Source of the DNA: Antedon mediterranea
Taxonomy: Eukaryota > Animalia > Echinodermata
DNA length: 64,000 nt
Direction of reading: 5' to 3'
Assembly: GCF_964355755.1 (NCBI RefSeq)
Contig: NC_092674.1
Location: forward strand, 7,874,001-7,938,000
Positions 24,668-37,947 of this stretch are shown here, one piece after another (within the stretch, counting starts at the first letter, position 1; the number at the start of each line of letters is the position of its first letter). The notes beneath the pieces are model-generated. The model worked only from the letters and a program-made list of their open reading frames with translations, was not told the DNA's origin and did not search any database. The translations under genes and the position numbers were made by a program.

Positions 24668-27600
24668 TGTTTGGGTATGTTGCTTCGTCAATACCACAAT
24701 AATAAAACTATACACAAAGATGTGCTATAACTAACTTTAATAACAACTCAAGTCAAACGAACAATATGGCGGTCTACGCACGTTGTTTCTCTTTCTCTCC
24801 AACTACATACGTCATACGTATGGGCGGCCTTAAGGGCCTCACACCTCCCCTTAGATCCAAAGTGCTTATGGCCATTTTGGATCTTCAATCAATCTTGCAG
24901 GGGCCTTAATGGTGCTGCGCATATACCTATGCCTTTTGGGCAGGTCCACTGGGACAAAGCCAATGGATTGCGGCGTACGTTTACGTATAAAGCGTCGGTT
25001 TCTAACTAACACCCTTCCCCCCGATGTTTTGATGAAGTATCTCCTGTTTGGTTTGATATCAATTATTGTTCCGTAAATGTTAAACAGTTTATCTAAATGA
25101 TTATATACTGCAACATGGTTATGAAGCTTTAAATATGACAGTTCTTTGGTGTGAAGGTCAAAGTATTGTTTCTCTTTCACCTTCCCCTTTTCCAAGATGA
25201 TTTGGGCTTCCTTAATATCTTTCTGGAAGTCGGCATTAAAGGCGCGATGGTGCGTTGGTAGTGTATCCTGAATAGGTCGTCCAAATAACTTTATAGCAGG
25301 AGATAATCCATCTTTCCTACATGGAATATTTCTGTAGTGCAATAGCGCTTTTGCTAACTGTTCTTTGTCTGGTAATGTATGATTTGAAGATGATGAGCGG
25401 ATAAGCTTTTCCATGGATTTGACTGTAGCTTCAGCTTTCCCATTAGATTGTTGGTGATAAGGTGAGCTGTATTTTATGGTGAACTGCCAGTTATTAGCGA
25501 ACTGGTTAAAACCATTGGAGGTGAATTGTGGTCCTCCGTCGCACCAAAATACTTCAGGTACACCAACATTACAGAATATGTCTCTTAGCTTTTCAGTCGT
25601 AGCTGCTGCAGTAGTATTCTTACCCATATCTTCAATAATTGGCCAGTCAGTTAGGCAATCAACCACGATCAGATAATTTCTACCATTCACAAAGGCAAAA
25701 TCTGCTGCAAGTTGCTGGAAGGGTCTGGTTGGTTGGGGTTTCTGAATCAGTGGTTCTCTGGGATTGACAGGTAAGTTATCCTGACAAAACTTACAGTTTG
25801 AAGTCATGTTCTCAATATCTCGATCAATGTTCGGCCAATATAAAATCATACGGGCCCTGTCTTGAGCTCGTCGAATTCCAGGATGTGCATGATGAAGCTT
25901 GTCTAACATGATTGGTCGAAGGGCTTCTGGAACAAATAGTCTGCATCCATATACAAGAAGGTCTTGTTCAACTGACAATTCAGCTCGAATACACCAGTAT
26001 TTCTTTAGATTATCAGGCATACTCGTCTTTGTTGCTGGGAAGCCATCTGTAGATACCATTTGTTTCAGTGTCTGATATTCATTGTCATCATTTGCGGCCT
26101 TCAATATTTTGAGCAATCTGGCATTATCAGCGTCCACACTGTCCGTGGCTGCTCGAATGGCAGCCAATGTAGGTATTGGACTAGATTCTTGACCGTTGAA
26201 TGCTAATTGTTCAGCTAATTCATCTGTACTCGAAGGATTCGCATGTGGGTAACGTGACAGTGCGTCTTCTGCGTAGTTGTCTTTGCCTTTAACCCACTGT
26301 GCAGTGAAGTTGTATCGAGACATTCTAGTTTTAAGTCGTTGTAATCTGACATTGACGATTTCATCTAATCTATGAGTGTTCAATATAGGAATAAGCGGAT
26401 GATGATCATTTCAAAATGGTGTAATCCATCTAAAAACATATAGCATTTCTGTGCTGCCCAAGCAACGGCTAACATTTCAAGTTCTATCACTGCGTATCTG
26501 CTTTCTGCATCTGTCAGATATCGCGAACCGGCCTGTACTGTTTTCCACTCATCACCATCATGTCTTTGAGATAGAATATAGCCAATGCCATGTCTGCAGG
26601 CATCAGTGGTCAATCTCGTTGGCTTTTTTAAGTCAAAAAACGCCATTGTGGGTGCTATAGAAAGTTCATTCTTAACGTTATCAAAAGCTTGATCATGAAC
26701 AGCATTCCACATGAATTCGTTCTTTTCAGATAGCAAGGGTCGCAGTGGAGTCATCAGCTCTGCGATCTTACTAGTCGAGGAGGCAAGTTGGTTTACAAGT
26801 CCACTAAATGCCCTCAAATCTGATCTGGAACTGGGCTTTGGAAATTTATTGATCGCTTCCATGGTTTTAGGACCGATCGAATATCCATTACGTGATAAGG
26901 TGAAACCTGCAAAGGCAACTGTAGTTTTACATAACTGTACCTTATCAGTTGACAGCGCAATATGGTGTTGTTGACATCTCTTGAGATATTCTGTAACCAC
27001 TTTCTGATGCTCTTGTCTGGTTTTACTGAAAATAACCACGTCGTCGACTATGCGTCTATGATTAGTTAAACCTTGAAGCGCCTCATCCATTCGACGATTA
27101 TAATGGTCCGAAATAGATGTGATACCGTATGGTGCTCGCAAATATTTATACCGTCCGAAGGGAGTTGTGAACGTTGTATAAGATTGGCTTTGTTTCTCTA
27201 ATAGAATTTGGTGATATCCTTTCAGCGCATCGATTACAGTAAAGAACTGAGCATCGGATGCAGCAATATCTGCTACAGCTTCCTGTGGAGTAGTATGAGG
27301 ATAATACTCGCGTTTTACACTTTTATTTAGTTGAGATAAGTCAACACACATTCTGATTTTGTCAGTGTCCTTCTTTGGTGCAATGACGATTGGAGCACAC
27401 CAATTGGAATGTTCAGTAGTCTTGACAATGATGCCTTGGCTTTCAAGCGTTTCAAGCTCTGCTTTCAGCTTATCATTGTAGGCATACGGTATCTTTCGTG
27501 GGGTGCTAACACAAAATTGTTTAGCATCATCTGCTATCTTGATTGTGAATTTTTCACCAGGCATCGAGCGAATTATACCATCAAACACTTCTGGAAATTC

Positions 27601-29056
27601 CTTGGACAAGTTAGTCAGATTGAAACGTGGCGCAGCAATCGGACTAATGTTAGTAACTGATGCAACGTTTGCGTGACACAGTGGCTCAGGGTAAGCTGGT
27701 GAGAGAAATCCCAACTGCTTTGATGCATCCCATGATAAAATAATGTCATCGATGTCATCAGAAAAATAAATTGTAACACTCACGCAACGTTCGTCGGTTG
27801 AAAAGATTAGTGGTAATTTTCCTGCAATCTGAATTCTGCTACCTTCGACAGTTTCAGGTCGTATTTTGCAAAGGATGAGATTCTCTACGTGGTCATTAAT
27901 TTGTTCGAGCAGTGATGTAGGAGCGAGACAAATATCTGAACCGGAATCAGGAAGAACAAGAGCGTCTACGGCATGTTCCCTGTGTGTTATCATTACTGTG
28001 GTTCGAGGTGCATGTGTAAACTGATCGTACTGACTGCACGTATTGATCCGTATCGCTCCATTTTGGGGCTTAGAGCGGCATACGGTTGAAAAATGTCCGC
28101 GTTTCCTACACGTATTACACGTAGCATCTGCAGCGGGGCAGTGCTGCCTTCCACGTTGGAGGACCTTGCCACAGTAGTTACATTTATCATTATTACTAGA
28201 AGATGGTTGTTGCTTACCCTGCTGCTTATTAATATGCTGCTTTTCTGGTTTTTTACTGTGATGTTTTCTCATATTATTGGACTTTCTTACAGCCGCAGTA
28301 GTGCTTGTCTGGTCTAGGCTTAGCTGTTGAGGATTTATTTCATCCCTTTGTCGTTTAGCGGCCTCTAACGCACGTACCGTTGATATGGTTTTGGTCAAAT
28401 CCAATTTGTCAATCGCTAAGAGTTTTTCAACAATTGTATTATCAGAGAGTCCCTCGATGATTTGATCTCTTATGGCATTCTTAGCACATTGATCATTACA
28501 GAAGTTGCATTCACGCACAAGGTCGCGTAGGCTAACAAGGTAGTCGTCAAATTCTTCGCCAGGTTTTTGTACCCTGGATCGAAACTTTTTCCGTTCAACG
28601 GATTCGTTCAGTTGACCTTGAATATGCGTTTCCAACGCCGTAATAATGTCCGTAGGTGACTTGAGCTGAGCCTGAGTAAGGCCTAGGTACATTAAAATCT
28701 TTATAGTGTCAACAGAAAGGCTCAAACTGAGCACGTTTACCTGTGCTTGGTTGGGCTGTTGATCAAGTTCAGTGACAGCATTGTACGCTTCCCATTGAGT
28801 TTTCCATACACGAAACTCCGACAGTCTGTCGCTCGCTAAATCTAGCTTGGGAGGCTGAACTTTGATTGCTCGCAGCGCCATGTTTGGGTATGTTGCTTCG
28901 TCAATACCACAATAATAAAACTATACACAAAGATGTGCTATAACTAACTTTAATAACAACTCAAGTCAAACGAACAATATGGCGGTCTACGCACGTTGTT
29001 TCTCTTTCTCTCCAACTACATATGTCATACGTATGGGCGGCCTTAAGGGCCTCACA
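24668..29056 (-). mobile_element. Ty3/Gypsy (Mag-like) LTR retrotransposon, full length, recent
   Basis: 176-bp LTRs at 24668-24843 and 28881-29056 (TG...CA, one difference seen); 5-bp TSD CATCC; PBS TGGCGCTGCGAGCA (tRNA-Ser-like); PPT AAGGGGAGG. Confidence 0.95.
24866..28881 (-). CDS. gag-pol polyprotein (gag, Cys-His knuckles, protease, RT, RNase H, integrase) with one frameshift near 26400
   Basis: CNTCRKRGHFSTVC; LPDSGS; DALKGYHQ and IVDD; TDACRHGIG; HHAH...CKFC and DGGPQF..AEATVK. RNase H 'DHHPLIPILN' is shifted out of frame between ORFs 26380..28881 and 24866..26383. Confidence 0.9.
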
Positions 29057-32000
29057 CATCCCATGAGCATAAAAAGGCCTCGTAGAACCAGACGTGTTAG
29101 CCTATACTACACTAGTACGTCTACCATTTATTATAGTTCCATGGTACTATACTACGGATCACTACTATCTAGGCCTAGCTAGTGTGCTAGAGTTCCAGTA
29201 ATTTCGGTCGCGTTTTCGGCCTACTTATCAGGAGGGCATGTGAGAGGTGAGGTAGGTTAGCCCAGCTAGGCTAAACTAACCTGTAAGTAGTATTCTAGCA
29301 TGGGAACGAGTTGGCAGAGTGGTACGGGTTGACCCTTATCATTTTCTAGGGTGCTGGTCAACCCGTGCTTATGCCAACTCGTACCCAATTTGGCTAACCC
29401 GTACTCAAATAATTGGTCAAATCGTACCAACTTTGGCTAACCTGTACCCAAACTTTTAATAGAATTAAACATGGATACTGGTCAGCCCATGAAGAGTACG
29501 AGCCAGCCCTTGATGATTGCGAGAGTGAGCCAACATTTTGGGTACGAATATACCAAAATTTGGTTACGAGTTGGAATTGGTACGGGTTGACCTGTATTCC
29601 TTCTAGCTAATCTTACTAGGCCTCGAGTAGGTCTACGCTAAATTCCGGCTACAATAATGGTCTATTCTGTTTATAGCTTTATTGATACTGGGTTCAAATC
29701 TGGGTTGGGATGGCTTTTTCTCATTCAAAAACAGATTTCCTTATAATAATAAAATAATATCGGCCTATGAATTTAACTTAATATTGTATTGTTTACATAA
29801 TATTAGTAATTCCCATTGCATTTATTATTATTATTATATATTTTACGGTTACCCCTTAATTATAGTAAATATAGTATAACTTCCTTGTTATATTTTACAA
29901 TATTTTCTTCATAATTCAGCAATTTTTTTTTCACAGCACAAATTATCATACTGAATCATCACACACCAAGTCTCATGAAATCTCTACTGTATTTCTGCAA
30001 GCTAATGCAGCTACATGGTATTGCCTTGAGGCTAAATTACACTGTATACTGGCACTACCATCATTCCTAGCCCACACATAAGTACAGTCGTTTACTACTG
30101 ATTCCATCCTGTGGTCAAGGCTTTATTTTGCTCTTATGCTTATTTCCTCTAACATACAGAGTACGTATGGCTTCTAATTTGCTTTTATACCGGTTAATTT
30201 AAAAACCATTTATGCCTATTGGTGCATAAAGATCAAATTTAGACTGTAAATACTGGAATAATCACCCAAAATTTATTTCACAGCTAGAAAAAAGCATACA
30301 GAGTTTTTTGTTTGTTTTATTCATAACTGTTGAATTGCATCCCAATACATGGTACCTATTGGTTTTATATCTATAAATATAAAGTACTCTCTTATAAATA
30401 GATGTATCTCTCCAAACTACTCCAACTACCTAATCTAATAATAATAATAGTACTGTACACTTTGTAGACAAGAAATATGTTGTATCCACCTAGAGGACTT
30501 ATGGTAGTACTGTACAGTCGATCGTCCTCTCACTGGCCTGGTCAACATAATCTACGCCTAGATTATTACAGTAATTAAAAAGTACATTATTACAGAGATT
30601 ATTTTTTTTGCAGAAATCAAAGTTATGTGTATAGAAAGCAGTACTCGTATTAAAAACTAAGCAGGTTGTACTGAACGCAAACTGGCAGGATATTTTGAAT
30701 ATTTTTTTTTCATTTTCCACGAACTGGAGACAAAGACATATTCCGACCCTTTTATTTAAATTTATTTGGATAGACCTCCATGAAAATTCATTAAAGGCTA
30801 TATGATTGTTTTATATTTTAATAATGTGATAGTAGAAAACCATTGTGCATAATGAGGACTATGAATCTAATATTTACTTGCATTCTAATCTTTTTAACAT
30901 TTTGTTTGTAATGCTGGTAATGAATTTACTATTGAAAAGGTCATGTTTCCACTTATCTCAAATGTTGGCACCCGGCCCACGTCTAACCTTGGTAGAACTG
31001 ACTGTGTTCTACATGAGTACATATAGTAGTGTTTCCACCATACTACTTCAACCTGGTAATTGAATAAATTTCATTGGGGTAACATTTAAACTAATTATCA
31101 CCGTTAACATAAAGTATCCTCCTGAAACATGTATTTGTACTGTACTTCATCTAATATCCATTACTTAATACTAATTTATGTGATTTATGTCTAACTTCAG
31201 GAATGATCTGAGGCTAGAAGAACGAATTTATGTACACATATAAAAAATAAACCAATGTTTTCCTAATAATTTAACCCCTAGGTTGATAACTAACAAAGAA
31301 ATTATTGAAATTATGTTCTCACAATATATAGGTGTACTGTATCTACATATGCATGCTGCTGTACTTGTTTTTAACCGCATAATGGCATTGAAAACAAGAA
31401 TGTTTTATAATTATTATAGGTTATTTCCAAATATTAAAGGTCTGAAACAGAAACTAAATGTTACCAAACTATGTTTTTGAAAATCTCTATGATATAATAT
31501 AATAATATGAACATAATATTAAATTATATTGATAATCATCATGTCCTTATAAATTCATTTATATTTCTTTTGTGTAATATAGTTCATATATTATGTATTA
31601 AATAAATTGGTAAGGCCCTATACTGTTTATATTTAAGGAAAGTTTATATACACTATTATTTTATGCCTACCAATATTAGTATTAATTTTTTATGTAACTA
31701 TTTTGTCTAATTGCATTGATTTTTTGTATAGGCCAATGGCATTAATGTTTTTCTCAAAGCAAATTAGCCTAATATCGTAATGTGGGGGTGTGGGAGTTAT
31801 CAATAAGTATAGCCCCTCAGATCGTAAAGAATCCAAATAAAGTGAATACGATTAAGTATAAAATTTTGCAACAGTTTAAAAAGTAATACAAAACAGTATC
31901 AACACTTCTTTGTCTTGAACTAAAACAATTCCAATATCAGTAACACTTCAACCATGGCAAGCTTCAACGACCTTGATCCGTTGATAACATTGAATACAAA

Positions 32001-32509
32001 TTAACAAACTTTTCGTATAGTAATCTACTCTAAATCTATGAAATCCTTTACAATCCATGTAAGTTCAAACTACAGTAAACATCTTCACACTCGAATTCTA
32101 TTTCCAACGTCGTATTATACCTCTTAAACATCAAATTATTAACTAACAAGTAATATAAACATCAATTATTACTCGGAAATGTCCATTCAACTCTATTCGT
32201 CGTGTTCATCTCCTCTCTCGTGCGTTCTCCTCCTCCGCACAAAATATCTCAAATCCATGGGGGGCGCCCTTCACCTCCCGTCAATTTTCCTGTTTGAAAA
32301 ACATTCGTCCCCGAATGTAAAATACAAATTAAAAAAAATGTTTCTCTGAAAACTTAACAAAAAAACAAATTTAAAAAATTTCAAATTACTTGTCATCTAT
32401 GTAAAGTAAACCTCATAAATTATCTGCAATATCAACATAACAACTATTAAAGATAATTCAAGCTAATCCCTAATACTCAAGTGATCTTCTAACAGAGTAG
32501 CATACAATT

Positions 32510-33523
32510 TTAATCATGAACCCCTACTGCCGATGTCGGCAAATGACATGGATTTCCATGTTTCCCTTTATTCAATCTACTTGATCGTGTCAACCCTTTA
32601 TCCCTATCTTCAATATTCTTAACTTGATTTTCTACCTCCTTGTTCTCTACAGAAGTAATATTGTCTATCTCTTCGTTTTCTACAGAAGGAGTAAACACTA
32701 ATTGTAACAAAGCATCACCCTCGTCATCTCCTTCTTCACTACCCTCACTATTCTCATCTGATACAAATATAGGAAGATGATCTTCCAAGGCATCTGATTC
32801 CTGACCACGTGGATCAAGGTGCAATTGACGTCGATTTACCCATTTGGAAATTCCACCCATTGCTGGTCTAACTTCATAAATATCCTGTTCTTCATTCATG
32901 TCTATAATCACATGAGTTACTTCTTGAAATTTATCTGATAACTTATGAAGTCCAGTAAACGCATTTCGTTTCAACAACACTCTATTCCCAACCTCCAATT
33001 TAAAGTCTGTAGTGCGACCATCATGTCGTGCGGCTTCTCGGTTTGCTGCCTCTTTTTGTTCATCTTCCGTCTTAAAAACAGCTGCCTTCCCTGTTTGTTT
33101 GTTGGTCATCCCTGTAGTTACCGCGTGTAAAGGTACCGCGATTCTTGGAATCAACGATGGATTAATCCTTCTATATGGAAATCTAATTAGTGGTCCTTCT
33201 GTAACTTTGATTTGGTGAGAATTCACAGCACATCTACTAACATCTAAGTTTCCTTTAGATAAAACGTCTTCATTCTTTTGTAGTAATTTCTGCAGTCCCG
33301 CCTCCTCTTGTTGTGAAAGGTCACCAAGTTCCACTCCTGTTGGCAATAAGTTGTCACTTTCCGCCGTCGACAACGCAGGCGTCGCACATTTGTTATGAAC
33401 ATCACCCTCATTCATGACTTTGCACGATGCTAATAACATTTTATCCTCATCTGACGCAAGTATGACTTTGTATTTCCGAATAGCTGTTACCACATCCTTA
33501 CTGCTCTGTATTGGCGAATTCAC
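32510..33523 (-). pseudogene. Residual pol: fused RT-leader, connection and integrase C-terminal fragments
   Basis: HQIKVTEGPLIRFPYRRI joined to IAVPLHAVT joined to EVGNRVLLKR...KLSDKF. No YxDD, RNase H core or DDE. Confidence 0.75.
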
Positions 33524-33530
33524 TAAATGT

Positions 33531-34868
33531 CTAAGAATATTGCAGCCGATTACAAGAGGTGTTATTCTGTGTACAAGACTGATCTGCTACAACTAGGAAA
33601 CTTCCCGTCAAGTTCTGACCATTCACTTCAATCGGTACCTCGATGTAGCCTTCAATTGGAATTTCAATCCCGCCTACTCCAATAACATTTAGGAATATTC
33701 CAGATGCGGGCTGTAATTCACCAAGATTCTTTTTTAGTTTATCGTGATACAGTGACGATGGTATAATCGATGCTTCTGCACCCGTGTCAAAAATGCAACC
33801 CAGCATGATGCCTCCAATTTCCACATCACCAGAAGGATTTTTTGCGACCAGTCGATCTACCAACTCTGTATTTTCCATTGGTGTGGTTGACATCCGCTTT
33901 GTTCCCGGTCCTTTAGCTTCCTTCTCTTTAGGTTTCTCCGGACAGTTTCTACTGTAATGCCCTCTTCCTTTACAATTAAAACACAACGTTTCCTCTGTAC
34001 AGTCTGTCTTTGCATGTCCATTTTTGCCACAATTGTAACACTTTAACTCTTTAGCTCGTTCCATGTCAGCACTCTGAATATTTATCAAGCTCTGGACACT
34101 CTTCGTTAGCATCGCTACGTCATTTTTTAATGCAGCAATTTCTTCTTTTAGTGCTGGTTCTTCTACCCTTCTTGCCTCTACTGAATGTTCCATAGACACC
34201 TCACAAACTCTGGCCTGATGCCTTGGCTCTTCATCCTTAAAAAATTCTAACACTTCCTCCCGCATTTCCAAAAATGTCTTATCTTTACACTGCATTTCTA
34301 TTCTCCTTAGTTCTCTCCTAACCCAACCTTCTTTGGAACCATGAACAAATCTTTCCTTCAATGTATAATCCCTCAGCCTCTTCAAAGCATCCTTATCTTC
34401 TTCTACTGCAGCTGCCTTTACCATCTTTGTATATAATCTCATTAGAACACGGCTAAAATCTGCTAGCGACTCAACATCTTTTTGGTTCCGGTTGTGGAAT
34501 TCTCGAGTTAGAGAAGGTACTGTTTCTATTGGTCCGAACAAAGACTTTAACACTGTCACTATTTGGTCATAGTCTTCTCTCACGTTTCCTTCTCTGCAAA
34601 GAATCTCTTCTTTCGCTGAACCTGCTAGATGATCCAATAATGACTGCGCTTTTGCTTTTCCTGTCAGGTTATAGTGGTTGGCATAACTCTGAAAGTCATC
34701 TAACCATTCTTTTAGTGACAAATCTCCATCTGCTTTCGTAGACCCTCTATACTTGGCTATTTTCACTGGAGGTGGAGCTTGCTGAACTCTTAACCCTTGT
34801 AGGACATCAGTCAAAGCCTGCATCATCCCCTGCATGGATGCTTGATCTTCTGCTTGTTCTTCTGCCAT
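33531..34868 (-). CDS. Gag (PNMA-like capsid, 2 CCHC knuckles) plus aspartic protease
   Basis: CYNCGKNGHAKTDC, CFNCKGRGHYSRNC, IFDTGA. Frameshift near 33570 before PLVIGCNIL. Confidence 0.85.
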   Translation of the reverse strand: MAEEQAEDQASMQGMMQALTDVLQGLRVQQAPPPVKIAKYRGSTKADGDLSLKEWLDDFQSYANHYNLTGKAKAQSLLDHLAGSAKEEILCREGNVREDYDQIVTVLKSLFGPIETVPSLTREFHNRNQKDVESLADFSRVLMRLYTKMVKAAAVEEDKDALKRLRDYTLKERFVHGSKEGWVRRELRRIEMQCKDKTFLEMREEVLEFFKDEEPRHQARVCEVSMEHSVEARRVEEPALKEEIAALKNDVAMLTKSVQSLINIQSADMERAKELKCYNCGKNGHAKTDCTEETLCFNCKGRGHYSRNCPEKPKEKEAKGPGTKRMSTTPMENTELVDRLVAKNPSGDVEIGGIMLGCIFDTGAEASIIPSSLYHDKLKKNLGELQPASGIFLNVIGVGGIEIPIEGYIEVPIEVNGQNLTGSFLVVADQSCTQNNTSCNRLQYS

Positions 34869-37800
34869 AATTGCAGACTGAGCTCTTACAGTACAAATAC
34901 ATTCTTATTACACAATATTATATACTACTGAGCTTATCTCTAACATGTACCTTAATGCACCAAAATCTTAAAAAACATCTATCGGGTAATGTATACAATT
35001 TTTGTTTTTACCCTTATTCTACCATAAATATTACACTTATACCATCAATCAATCAAAATAATTCCAATCAATCAACAAATAAAAATGTTTCATAAATATA
35101 GTGCTTAAAAGTCAAAATAGTTCTAGCTTCAACAATACAGTATTATTAGTCCAAATCTTGATAGGTGGCGTCCTTCACAATCAAAATATCTGCACAAAAG
35201 TATATCCACACGTAACTTGATCTCTTATTCCAAATTAGAATTAATACTATAGTTCAATCATAACTAGGTGGCGCACTTCACAATCGCCAAACTGTCATTA
35301 AACAAAAACACTGCAACGGTAAAACACAACAATCCGTTTATATCACACGTACGCCACGTCGTAAAATCCTTCCTTTTATAAATGAATCGCTAAACCGCTT
35401 CCTAGTTTACTTTCGGAAATGTCAATAATCGTAATCGGGATCTAGGCCTATGCTAGAAGTTTACAAATGGTAATTGTACAGTACTTACAAACTGCTACAT
35501 CCCATCATCGTCGCCATTTGTCGTAATGTGGGGGTGTGGGAGTTATCAATAAGTATAGCACTTCAGATCGTAAAGAATCCAAATAAAGTGAATACGATTA
35601 AGTATAAAATTTTGCAACAGTTTAATAAGTAGTACAAAACAGTATCAACAATTCTTTGTCTTGAACTAAAACAATTCCAATATCAGTAACACTTCAACCA
35701 TGGCAAGCTTCAACGATCTTGATCCGTTGATAACATTGAATACAAATTAACAAACTTTTCGTATAGTAATCTACTCTAAATCTATGAAATCCTTTACAAT
35801 CCATGTAAGTTCAAACTACAGTAAACATCTTCACACTCGAATTCTATTTCCAACGTCGTATTATACCTCTTAAACATCAAATTATTAACTAACAAGTAAT
35901 AAAAACATCAATTATTACTCGGAAATGTCCATTCAACTCTATTCGTCGTGTTCATCTCCTCTCTCGTGCGTTCTCCTCCTCCGCACAAAATATCTCAAAT
36001 CCACGGGGGGCGCCCTTCACCTCCCGTCACTAATAATGCCATATTTAGACACATAATTCATTGATTTTTGATATTCTGTACTTGTGTATGCATTACTAAA
36101 ATAGTAGTTATTTTATTTCATTTATAATGTATGTATAAACATTTATTCAGTTTTTTTTTTACCTTTTTAAGTTTAAAAAATATTAAAATACCTATCAACC
36201 TTTCTGTTATTGTTACTATTATAATATTTTTTGCAGAAGATTGATTTCAATAAAAAAATTTAAAACATTTAATTTGACTTATACTGTACTATGTTAGTTC
36301 AGGAGATGAAGTGTGTGTTGGTAGAATCTGGTGTGTTTGAAGTTGGTGATGTGAGGTGTATTTTTGTGACTTTAAAACCTAAATTAGATGTTTTCTGAAG
36401 AAAAGAAGCGAATAGGCTTCCCAATAAAATAGTATGTAACAGTGTATATTAAAGTACATTGAATGAATTCGAGCGGAAAAATAACACACACAAAAAAACA
36501 TTCATTTCCTTGTCGAAAAGCGCCCTCTCTAGTTTTCTAATAATTTATTAATAATTATTATTAATTAATGAGTAATATAAACATTTTTTTAACATTTCAT
36601 GCTTGAAGCTGATTCTACTCCAAACAAAGTTTCATACCTCCAAATTTCATCAACGTATTCAAAGCACTTCAATAAATATCACATTGAACATTAAAAATTA
36701 GGGTTATGGATAGAATTTTGCTTAAAACATATACAAAAAACATCGATAACAAATATTTTTCGTATTCAAAAACATTTGATACTTGGTATAAATGTTCAAT
36801 ATAGGTTGCTCCATCCATATTGCAAAAAAAAAAATAACTATCGAGCCATTATTACTGATTTTTTAAATTTACGTTTTTACAAAATGTACACTTATGAAAG
36901 ACCATGCAATTCCAATGCATTTTTAAAACCTAATAACGATTTTGAAAAAAACAACCAACAAAAAACGTTCATGAATGAAATTTTGTTTCTGTGAATAGAG
37001 CAACCTATATTGAACATATAAAAGAAGTTTCAAATGTTTTTAAATTCGAAAAGTATTTTTTATCGATGTTTTTTGTATATGTTTTTAAGCAAAATTCTAT
37101 CCATAACCCTAATTTTTAATGTTCAATGTGATATTTATTGAAGTGCTTTGAATACGTTGACGAAATTTGGAGGTATGACACCTTGTTAGGAGTAGAATCA
37201 GCTTCCAGCATTAAATGTTAAAAATAAGTTTATATTACTCATTAATTAATAATAATTATTAATAAATTAATAGAAAACTAGAGAAGGCGCTTTTCGACAA
37301 GGAAATGAATGATTTTTTATGTGTGTTATTTTTCCGCTCGAGTTTATTCAATGTAGTGTAATATACACTGTTACATACTATTTTATTGGGAAGTAGTTAT
37401 TTTTGTGTGAATCTTCTTGGAGTTGTTTGAAAGCCTATCCACTTAGGCCTACTTCTTTTCTTCAGAAAACATCTAATTTAGGTCTTAAAGTGACAAAAAT
37501 ACACCTCACATCACCAACCTCCAACACACCAGATTCTACCAACACACACTTCATCTCCTGAACTAACATAGTACAGTATAAGTCAAATTAATTGTTAAAA
37601 TTTTTTTTATTGAAATCAATCTGCCTCAAAAAATATTATAATAGTAACAATAACAGAAAGGTAGACAGGTATTTTAATAATTTTTAAACTTAAAAATGTA
37701 AAAAAAAACTGAATAAAAGTTTATACATAGGCCTAAATTATAAATGAAATAAAATAACTACTATTTTAGTAATGCATACACAAGTACAGAATATCAGAAA

Positions 37801-37870
37801 TCAATGAATTATGTTTCTAAATATGGCATTATTAGGCTAATTTGATTTGACAAAACATTAATGCCATTGG

Positions 37871-37872
<2 letters not shown>

Positions 37873-37945
<73 letters not shown>
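37873..37945. repeat. (TA)n microsatellite
   Basis: Seen directly; it replaces about 100 bp present in the left arm (about 31625-31730). Confidence 0.95.

Positions 37946-37947
<2 letters not shown>

Larger units (their letters stand above)
31773..36029 (-). mobile_element. Ty3/Gypsy LTR retrotransposon with internally deleted pol
   Basis: 511-bp LTRs at 31773-32283 and 35519-36029; 4-bp TSD CTAA (empty site in the right arm near 37830); PBS TGGCGACGATGATGGGAT (tRNA-Ser-like). Confidence 0.92.
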
